From positions 513,511 to 577,510 of the forward strand of contig JBAZSC010000001.1 in the NCBI GenBank assembly GCA_041662665.1: 64,000 nucleotides of DNA, in the 5' to 3' direction. The notes beneath the pieces are model-generated. The model ran no database searches. It was not told the origin of the DNA and saw only the letters and a list, made by a program, of their open reading frames with translations. Below are positions 17,856 to 25,242 of the stretch, piece by piece. The translations under genes and the position numbers were made by a program. The stretch is from Patescibacteria group bacterium (GTDB lineage: Bacteria; Patescibacteriota; JABMPQ01; JAQVVF01). Every line of letters begins with the position of its first letter. Position 1 is the first letter of the stretch.

Positions 17856-18785
17856 ATGAAAATATTAGTCACAGGCGGTGCAGGCTTCATTGGCTCGCAC
17901 ATTGTCGATAAATTAATAGCAGAAAATAATGAAGTTGTTGTTATTGATAATTTATCAACTGGCAAAAAAGAAAATTTAAACAACAAAGCAAAATTTTATC
18001 AAGCTGATATCAAAAATTTTGAAGATGTAGAAAAAGTATTTGAGCAAGAAAAACCAGAATATATTTGTCACCAAGCAGCTCATGCCTCAGTTTCAGAATC
18101 AGTCAAAGATCCAATTTATGATGCTGAAAATAATATTTTAGGATCAATAAATATTATAAAATTAGCAATCAAATATAATATTAAAAAAATAGTTTTCGCT
18201 TCAACAGGTGGCGCAATGTATGGCGATGCTGAAATTATTCCAACGCCTGAAAAATCAGAAACAAAGCCGGTTTCTCCATATGCTGTTACAAAGCTTGCAG
18301 TTGAAAAATATTTATATTGCTTCAATTTTTTAAATAAGTTAAACTATACTATTCTACGCTATGCAAATGTTTATGGCCCAAAACAAGATCCATTTGGTGA
18401 GGCTGGAGTAGTTGCAATTTTTAGCCAAAAAATAGTTAATAATGAACAGCCAATAATCAACGGCGATGGCAAATACACTAGAGATTATGTTTATGTTACA
18501 GACATCGCAAATGCAAATTTATTGGCATTGAAAAGTGAAAAATCGCAAAATATTTACAATGTAGGAACTGGAATAGAGACAGATGTTAATACAATTTTCC
18601 AGAATTTATCTAAAATTTCTGGAAAAAATATTCCTGAAAAACATGGTGAAGCAAGAAAGGGTGATCATAGAAAAGGTGCAATCGATTCAACAAAAATTAA
18701 GCAAGAATTAAATTGGCAACCAACAGTTAAATTAGAAGATGGTTTGAAAGAAACATATAAATGGTTTTCGAACTTAAAATCCTAA
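17856..18785 (+). CDS. NAD-dependent epimerase (UDP-glucose 4-epimerase-like SDR)
   Basis: [42 protein letters not shown] motifs. Confidence 0.92.
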   Translation: MKILVTGGAGFIGSHIVDKLIAENNEVVVIDNLSTGKKENLNNKAKFYQADIKNFEDVEKVFEQEKPEYICHQAAHASVSESVKDPIYDAENNILGSINIIKLAIKYNIKKIVFASTGGAMYGDAEIIPTPEKSETKPVSPYAVTKLAVEKYLYCFNFLNKLNYTILRYANVYGPKQDPFGEAGVVAIFSQKIVNNEQPIINGDGKYTRDYVYVTDIANANLLALKSEKSQNIYNVGTGIETDVNTIFQNLSKISGKNIPEKHGEARKGDHRKGAIDSTKIKQELNWQPTVKLEDGLKETYKWFSNLKS

Positions 18786-18917
18786 GCACTAAATCCTAAA
18801 TACTAAACAAATCCAAATTACTAAAACTCAAATTTTCAAAGGTCGCAACATTGTTTTATATTTTGTAAATTAGAATTTTGAATTTGTTTTGAGTTTAGTA
18901 TTTAGGATTTAGTGCTT
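18777..18917. repeat. Heptamer (CTAAATx) tandem-repeat hairpin
   Basis: AAGCACTAAATCCTAAATACTAAAC ... GTTTAGTATTTAGGATTTAGTGCTT perfect outer stem. Confidence 0.85.
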
Positions 18918-18955
18918 TCTAATCTAAATTAATTTTAACAAGTCAAAAATAAAAC

Positions 18956-20104
18956 ATGAATAAGTACATCTTTACATCAGAGTCAGTAACAGAGGGACAT
19001 CCTGACAAAGTAGCAGATCAAATTTCAGACTCAATTCTGGATGAATTATTAAAACAAGATCCAGATTCAAGAGTCGGCTGTGAAACACTAGTCACAACTG
19101 GATTAGTTGTTGTTGCAGGCGAAATTACAACCAAGGCATATGTTGATATTGCAAAGATAGCAAGAAAAACAGTTAAAGAAATCGGTTACAACAAGCATGA
19201 ATATGGTTTTCATCATGAAGATTGTGGTGTTGTCGTAAGTATAGATGAACAAAGTCCAGACATTGCCATGGGTGTTGATAAAACTAAAAAGAAAAAACAA
19301 GGAGCAGGCGATCAAGGCTTGATGTTTGGTTATGCGACAAATGAAACAGAAGAATTAATGCCATTGCCAATTATTTTGGCTCACAAGCTTTGCCAAAAAT
19401 TAGCAGAAGTAAGAAAAAATGGGACTTTAAATTATTTAAGACCAGATGGAAAATCAGAAGTTGCTGTAGAATATGAAGACAATAAACCAAAAAGAGTTAA
19501 TACAATTGTTATTGCAGCTCAACATGATGAAGATATAAAATTAAGCCAAATAAAAAAAGATATTATTGAAAAAGTTATTAAACCAGTTTGCGGTAATTGG
19601 TTAACTAGAAAAACAAAATTCTTTGTTAATGCTACTGGTAAATTTGTTAAGGGCGGACCTCCAGCTGATTGCGGTTTAACTGGCCGAAAAATAATTGTTG
19701 ATACTTATGGTGGTCATGGAAGTCATGGTGGAGGCTGTTTTTCAGGTAAAGATCCATCAAAAGTTGATCGTTCAGGTAGCTACATGGCAAGATATATTGC
19801 CAAAAATATTGTTGCATCTGGAATAGCAGAAAGATGTGAAATTCAAATCGCTTATGTCATTGGTGTTGCTGAGCCAATTAGTATTTTAGTTAATACTCAC
19901 AACACTTCAAAAATCAGCAATGAACAGATTGAAAAAATAATTCGACAAGTTTTCGATCTAACTCCAGAAGGAATTATTGAAACATTGAAATTGAAACGTC
20001 CAATCTACAAAAAAACAGCAGCTTATGGACATTTTGGTCGCAAAGACAAAGATTTCACTTGGGAAAAAACGGATAAGGTAAAAGAAATCAAGAAATTAAT
20101 TTAA
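18956..20104 (+). CDS. metK: S-adenosylmethionine synthase
   Basis: [48 protein letters not shown] motifs. Confidence 0.99.
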   Translation: MNKYIFTSESVTEGHPDKVADQISDSILDELLKQDPDSRVGCETLVTTGLVVVAGEITTKAYVDIAKIARKTVKEIGYNKHEYGFHHEDCGVVVSIDEQSPDIAMGVDKTKKKKQGAGDQGLMFGYATNETEELMPLPIILAHKLCQKLAEVRKNGTLNYLRPDGKSEVAVEYEDNKPKRVNTIVIAAQHDEDIKLSQIKKDIIEKVIKPVCGNWLTRKTKFFVNATGKFVKGGPPADCGLTGRKIIVDTYGGHGSHGGGCFSGKDPSKVDRSGSYMARYIAKNIVASGIAERCEIQIAYVIGVAEPISILVNTHNTSKISNEQIEKIIRQVFDLTPEGIIETLKLKRPIYKKTAAYGHFGRKDKDFTWEKTDKVKEIKKLI

Positions 20105-20194
20105 TACAAATCTACGAATTTTATGCTAATCTACGAAAATACGAATGCGCCGATTCGCATATTTGTAGATTAGCATATATTCGTAAATTCGTAT
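20104..20194. repeat. ACGAAT/ATTCGT tandem-repeat hairpin
   Basis: Paralogue of 11139-11218, ending just before the ugd ATG. Confidence 0.8.
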
Positions 20195-20201
20195 CACACT
20201 T

Positions 20202-21518
20202 ATGAAAATCGCAGTTGTCGGCACTGGTTACGTTGGCTTAGTCACTGGTGCATGTTTGGCAAAAGTAGGTCACACAATTACTTGTGTAGATATAGATAAA
20301 AATAAAATTGCCAGATTAAAAAAAGGCATTATTCCAATCTATGAGCCAGGCTTGGACAAAGTTGTCAAAGAAGTAATAAAAAAGAACAAGCTTAGTTTTG
20401 ATATTTCATTAAAAAATGTTTTAAGCGAAGTGCAAGCTGTATTTATTGCAGTCGGCACTCCAGCCAGAAAAGATGGCAAAGCTGATCTAAAATATGTTTT
20501 TGACGTTGCAAAAGAAGTAGGTGAAACCTTGGCCGCCGAAGCCAGCAGGCGAAGGCGGCAGGATTATAAAGTCATTATTAATAAAAGCACAGTACCAGTT
20601 GGAACAGCAAAAGAAGTCACAAATATTATTGCAAAATATTATAAAGGCGAATTTGCTGTTGTCTCAAATCCAGAATTTTTGAAAGAAGGCTATGCAGTTG
20701 ATGATTTTATGAAGCCAGACCGAATTGTCGTTGGCACTTCTTCCAAAAAAGCTAAGAAAATAATGCAAGAAATTTATAAACCTGTAAAAGGTAAAAAAGT
20801 TTTTACGGAAGTGCAAAGTTCAGAGATGATTAAGTATGCATCAAATGCTTTTCTAACAACCAAAATTTCTTTTATCAATGAAATAGCAAATCTTTGCGAA
20901 TTAGTCGGTGCTGATGTAAAAGAAGTTTCCTTTGGAATGGGATTAGACAAAAGAATTGGCAAGAGTTTTTTGAACGCTGGAATTGGTTATGGTGGTTCCT
21001 GTTTTCCAAAGGACACTACAGCCTTAAATCAAATTGCTGGTACAAAAGGTTATGATTTTAAATTGCTAAAGGCAGTTATTGAAGTTAATTCAAAGCAAAG
21101 AAAATACGTCATTGATAAATTAGAACAAGTTTTCGGCAATTTAAAAAATAAAAGAATCGCAGTTTTGGGCTTAGCTTTCAAAAATAATACCGATGATGTT
21201 AGAGAATCAGCTTCGATAGATATTATCAGAATGTTGACCGGAGTTGGCGCAAGAGTAAAAGCCTATGATCCAAAAGCAAATGATAACGCAAAAGAAATTT
21301 TAAATTCTGGAGTTAAAATTACTAATGATCCATACGAAGCAATAAAAAATTCAGACGCATTAGTAATTGCAACAGAATGGCCAGAATTTGCTAATTTAGA
21401 TTTTGATAAAATCAAAACATTATTAAAAAAGCCAATCATAATTGATGGCCGAAATTTGTTAAATTCTGTTATAATAAAAAAACTCGGCTTTCAGTATTAT
21501 GGAATTGGCCGAGCTTAA
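20202..21518 (+). CDS. ugd: UDP-glucose 6-dehydrogenase (carries an in-frame palindrome insertion)
   Basis: GTGYVGLV, KSTVPVGT, SNPEFLKEG, GYGGSCFPKD, AFKNNTDDVRES motifs. Confidence 0.96.
   Translation: MKIAVVGTGYVGLVTGACLAKVGHTITCVDIDKNKIARLKKGIIPIYEPGLDKVVKEVIKKNKLSFDISLKNVLSEVQAVFIAVGTPARKDGKADLKYVFDVAKEVGETLAAEASRRRRQDYKVIINKSTVPVGTAKEVTNIIAKYYKGEFAVVSNPEFLKEGYAVDDFMKPDRIVVGTSSKKAKKIMQEIYKPVKGKKVFTEVQSSEMIKYASNAFLTTKISFINEIANLCELVGADVKEVSFGMGLDKRIGKSFLNAGIGYGGSCFPKDTTALNQIAGTKGYDFKLLKAVIEVNSKQRKYVIDKLEQVFGNLKNKRIAVLGLAFKNNTDDVRESASIDIIRMLTGVGARVKAYDPKANDNAKEILNSGVKITNDPYEAIKNSDALVIATEWPEFANLDFDKIKTLLKKPIIIDGRNLLNSVIIKKLGFQYYGIGRA
20532..20559. repeat. CCGCCG...GGCGAAGGCGG palindromic element, copy 3, inside the ugd coding sequence
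   Basis: GCCGCCGAAGCCAGCAGGCGAAGGCGGC, translated as AAEASRRRR. Confidence 0.85.
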
Positions 21519-21553
21519 AATCAAAAATATAAAAACTTAAAAATATTTTTCTA

Positions 21554-21631
21554 CCCTGGCCATGTTTATCCGCCGATTTATCTGCCGTAGTTTTTAACGA
21601 AGGCAGAAGTAACGACGGAGGCGGACCAGGG
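21554..21631. repeat. Nested palindromic elements between convergent genes (probable bidirectional terminator)
   Basis: CCCTGG[TCCGCCG[TCTGCCGTAGTT-TTT-AACGAAGGCAGA]CGGAGGCGGA]CCAGGG. Confidence 0.7.
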
Positions 21632-21635
21632 GTTT

Positions 21636-22058
21636 TTATTTTAAATCATTTTGACTATTATCTAACAACAAATAAGATATTAGCCATATTAAAACACCAG
21701 AAAGTATTGAAATTATAATACTTAAAACAATTCCCAAAGACATAATTTTTACAAAAATTAAAATTGCAGCAATTAATCCTAAGAAAAAAGCAAGTATCGA
21801 AAATTTCCAAGAATTTTTTTCTTGATTTTCTGTAACTAATTTATCATCATTGTCTTTAATAAGAATTAACAATATTCCAGAGATAATAACAATTGCAAGT
21901 ATATAATTCAAATTGATAAAATTACTAACAAAATTATCAAATATCTGATCAATCAAAAAGAAAAATAAATAGCCAATCAAAAAAATTCCAAATATTTGTT
22001 GAAAAATAATATTTAATATATCTTTATAATTTTTTTGCCCAGACAAATTTTTTTCCAT
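21636..22058 (-). CDS. Hypothetical membrane protein (4 TM)
   Basis: 140-aa ORF with four hydrophobic segments. Confidence 0.75.
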   Translation of the reverse strand: MEKNLSGQKNYKDILNIIFQQIFGIFLIGYLFFFLIDQIFDNFVSNFINLNYILAIVIISGILLILIKDNDDKLVTENQEKNSWKFSILAFFLGLIAAILIFVKIMSLGIVLSIIISILSGVLIWLISYLLLDNSQNDLK

Positions 22059-22095
22059 AATAAACTAAGTAAAACAATTAAATTTTGTAAGTAGT

Positions 22096-22133
22096 GTCCG
22101 CATATTCCGCGTAAGTTCCGCGTATTTCCGCGC
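22096..22133. repeat. About 10-11-bp TCCGCGT tandem repeats
   Basis: TCCGCATATTCCGCGTAAGTTCCGCGTATTTCCGCGC; related array at 29081-29129. Confidence 0.7.
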
Positions 22134-22198
22134 AAAAAATTAATTTAACAAACATATCTTATTATCAGTTTAAAATAAAACATACAAAAAATGTATTT

Positions 22199-23830
22199 TT
22201 ATCGGCTATATTTTAGATCAATTCTATTTATTTTGACATCTCCAGCATCATTACGGTTGTATTGAGGAAATATCAATAATAAATTAAAATTATTTTTTTC
22301 ATCTAAATATAAATTATTAACATCAAAATCAGCACTTGCATTTGTAGTACCATTTTTTTCCTCAGGCTTTTCAAAATAATCAGAAATAATATAATTGCAA
22401 CTCTCTTTATTGAATTTTGCAAAATCAGAAAAATTAATCAAATTATTTACATTTAATGCTTGTAAAGATTCCATATTAGTAGCAATCAAATTATTAAAAT
22501 CAATGTTCAAGTCAGCCTTTGGCATAAATATTTTTGAATATATATTGCGATTAAAAATATATGGCTTATCAATTTTTATGATATCTAGTTCTTTCTTTTG
22601 AAATTCTGGACCAAATTCAGTAACCATTCCTTTTTCTTTAGTGATTGTAACAGTTTGCAAAGCAGAATCGCGAAGAGCTGTAAAAGACATATTTCCGCTA
22701 TTTGAATATAAATCAACGCTTTTTTCTGGATCTAAAAGTTTAATATTGTTGACAAAAGCCCAATATTTTTGTTTTGTTATTAAAGAATCAAATACAATAT
22801 CATCACTAGCATCAAGATAAATATTATAAAAACCTTCTTTTAAATTTGGTATCGTAACACTTAAATTTTTGATAGCTGAAGCAACTTCATCGCCTTTTTC
22901 ATTTCCATCATCAGATATATTTTTTTCTAAGATCTTTTCATCTCCTCTAAAAATAAAAATATTAAAATCACTTTTTTCTTGTAAAGTATTCAAGTCTTGA
23001 TAATCAAAATTAAAATCTAAATCTTCATTTGCTAAATATGTTTTGATTATCGTAAATCCATTTAATTGATAATCAAAACTATTAGTGGAAGATGCAGGAG
23101 AATAATCAGGCACTTTAGCAAGATCATTAAGTCCATCTATATTAAAAGTGCAGATTTTCTCTTTTTGTATTAGATTTGGAATATCATTCATAAAACTGCC
23201 AACATCTTCATAATCATAATTTACCCAATTTTTTTTAGGATTTTTTTCTTTCAAATATTCACTATCTTTGTCATACATCAATGCGCAATTTTCATATTCA
23301 GCAACTGGATCAATATCACTTTCTGATTGAAGTTCCTTAACTTTTTTTTCGCAAATATCATCGCCTTTCTGGTATAAAATTTTGCTTTGATTTTTATCAG
23401 CTATTCTATACCAATCCAAATTATCAAAAAGCTTATTCTCTAAAATTTTCGTTGCATTTTTGTATGTTGGTTTATATTTAAATGGACTCTTTAAAGCAAT
23501 TGATGCCATGACAAAATTTGTATTTTGATTTTCGTATTTTACTTTTACATTCAAGTTATTAAAAGTCTTAAAAACTTTAATTTTTAATTGTGCTAAAAAT
23601 CCAGTAACTCTGCGGTAAGTCTGGCCAGTTTTTAAATTTTTTTCAGCATTATCCAATCCAATAGTTTCAGTTACATAAGCAGGTAACTTACTCGAATTAA
23701 AAACTATTGCTAACTTTGTAGATCCAAATGGCCCAAAATAAGAAAACAGAGCATAAATCAAAATAATAGCAATTACTACAATTGAAAAAATTCGCGCTAT
23801 TTTTGCGTAAGTTTTTGTATTTAGTTTCAT
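22199..23830 (-). CDS. Hypothetical membrane-anchored extracellular protein
   Basis: 543-aa ORF with a single N-terminal TM segment and host-like codon usage. Confidence 0.8.
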   Translation of the reverse strand: MKLNTKTYAKIARIFSIVVIAIILIYALFSYFGPFGSTKLAIVFNSSKLPAYVTETIGLDNAEKNLKTGQTYRRVTGFLAQLKIKVFKTFNNLNVKVKYENQNTNFVMASIALKSPFKYKPTYKNATKILENKLFDNLDWYRIADKNQSKILYQKGDDICEKKVKELQSESDIDPVAEYENCALMYDKDSEYLKEKNPKKNWVNYDYEDVGSFMNDIPNLIQKEKICTFNIDGLNDLAKVPDYSPASSTNSFDYQLNGFTIIKTYLANEDLDFNFDYQDLNTLQEKSDFNIFIFRGDEKILEKNISDDGNEKGDEVASAIKNLSVTIPNLKEGFYNIYLDASDDIVFDSLITKQKYWAFVNNIKLLDPEKSVDLYSNSGNMSFTALRDSALQTVTITKEKGMVTEFGPEFQKKELDIIKIDKPYIFNRNIYSKIFMPKADLNIDFNNLIATNMESLQALNVNNLINFSDFAKFNKESCNYIISDYFEKPEEKNGTTNASADFDVNNLYLDEKNNFNLLLIFPQYNRNDAGDVKINRIDLKYSR

Positions 23831-23880
23831 ATATTAAAAGTATACCATATATTTTACATCAATAATATAAAATTGAAAAC

Positions 23881-23909
23881 TTGACAAGTGGATAATCTTT
23901 TGTTACGCT
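23881..23909 (+). promoter_or_regulatory. sigma70 promoter of cassette gene 23979
   Basis: TTGACA-17-TACGCT with extended TG. Confidence 0.65.
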
Positions 23910-23978
23910 ATTTTGAAGCAAATCTGTGCCGAAGTACCGAAAAACAACCCGTTTCCGAGAGAAGAGGAGGAGAAAAAG

Positions 23979-25004
23979 ATGAGAATCCTGAACTTTCTAG
24001 TATTTTGTGGAGTTGCTTGTTTTTCATCGACTGCTTATACTCAAGAAGAATCCGAAAGCAAGTCGGATATTGCTATTGTTTTGATGTCTGAAGAAACTCA
24101 TGATCAGAGAATGGTAGATGATGCTGTTGAAATGATTATTGCCAAATTTTCAAATGAAAAGATCCAGTCTTCTGGCAAAGAAATGTTTGGCAGTGATTCT
24201 GATGAACAGATCAAAACTTGTCTGAAAGACAATTCTTGTGTACAAAAAAAAGCTGTGGAAAAACATGTTTCCCGAGTATTTTATGGAACTTTGGCTAGTG
24301 ACAGAAGAGTTGAAAATGTTGTAGTTATCACTCCTGGCAAGAGATACAATAAGATCAAGGATGTTGTTCCAGTAGAGAAGAAAACTCTGACTATTAGACT
24401 GACTATGTTTGATGCAGTCAACAACAAGGTTGAAATGTCATGGGTGAGCAAAAAGATTGAACCAAGCAAACTCGCTTCTGAAGTTCTGACTGACATTGCT
24501 TCCGAAGCTGTTCGTATCTACAAGGCAAGTCCACTGACCTGGCCAGAAACAAAAAAGCCAAATACTGAAGTCAAGGTTGAAATTGTAAATGTCGATCCTG
24601 TTTCAGAACCAGCCAAGCCAGTTGTCGAAGAAGTGCAGGAAAAGCCAATCGTTCTGCTGGATCCTGAAGTGAGCAATTTGGATTGGCATTTCTGGACGAG
24701 CGTTGGCGGTGCAAGTGTCGGTGTAATCTTGATTTCTGCAGGCAGTTACTACGGTCTCAAGTCAAGCAATGCTAGCGACAATTATGATGCAACCAACATT
24801 CAGACCCAGGCAGAAAGCTTTAAAGATGAAGCAGAATCTGCTGGATCAACTGCTAACATTATGTTTGCTTCTGGTGGAGTTCTGATTGCAGGCAGTGCAG
24901 CTCTTTATGTTCTTGATCAATTCGGTATTCTCGATGCCAATGAATCACCTCAGGCAGTTTTCGTGCCAAAAGACGGCATGTTCTGTTTGAACCTTTCGTT
25001 CTAA
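23979..25004 (+). CDS. Exported protein with myxobacterial PEGA/TPR-protein-type C-terminus
   Basis: GAGGAGGAG SD before ATG 23979 (start revised from 23913); signal peptide; CxxDxxC; C-terminal hydrophobic hairpin GSYYG...TANIMFASGGVLIAGSAALYVLD...LNLSF. Confidence 0.75.
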   Translation: MRILNFLVFCGVACFSSTAYTQEESESKSDIAIVLMSEETHDQRMVDDAVEMIIAKFSNEKIQSSGKEMFGSDSDEQIKTCLKDNSCVQKKAVEKHVSRVFYGTLASDRRVENVVVITPGKRYNKIKDVVPVEKKTLTIRLTMFDAVNNKVEMSWVSKKIEPSKLASEVLTDIASEAVRIYKASPLTWPETKKPNTEVKVEIVNVDPVSEPAKPVVEEVQEKPIVLLDPEVSNLDWHFWTSVGGASVGVILISAGSYYGLKSSNASDNYDATNIQTQAESFKDEAESAGSTANIMFASGGVLIAGSAALYVLDQFGILDANESPQAVFVPKDGMFCLNLSF

Positions 25005-25027
25005 ACGCTATTTTTGGCGTTTTTTTA
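25003..25027 (+). terminator. Intrinsic terminator
   Basis: AAACGCTA-TTTT-TGGCGTTT followed by a T run. Confidence 0.7.
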
Positions 25028-25101
25028 TTGCCTGAAATCCTATATTTTACGTTCAGCTTAAATATTATATTTGAAAATAATAATGCTTCTAGGCTCAAAA
25101 A

Positions 25102-25172
25102 TTGACAAAATTATACAAAATATCCATAATAAGCCATTTTCTCTTGCCAAAATTTTATGATTATGCTATTAT
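25102..25172 (+). promoter_or_regulatory. Tandem sigma70 promoters of the MopE-repeat gene
   Basis: TTGACA-17-CATAAT (25102-25130) and TTGCCA-17-TATTAT with TG (25144-25172). Confidence 0.65.
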
Positions 25173-25242
25173 AATATGAACAGAAAACCAGGAAAGGTCG
25201 GTTACAGGACCGAACCTTCACATCAAGAGAGGAGGAAGAGAG

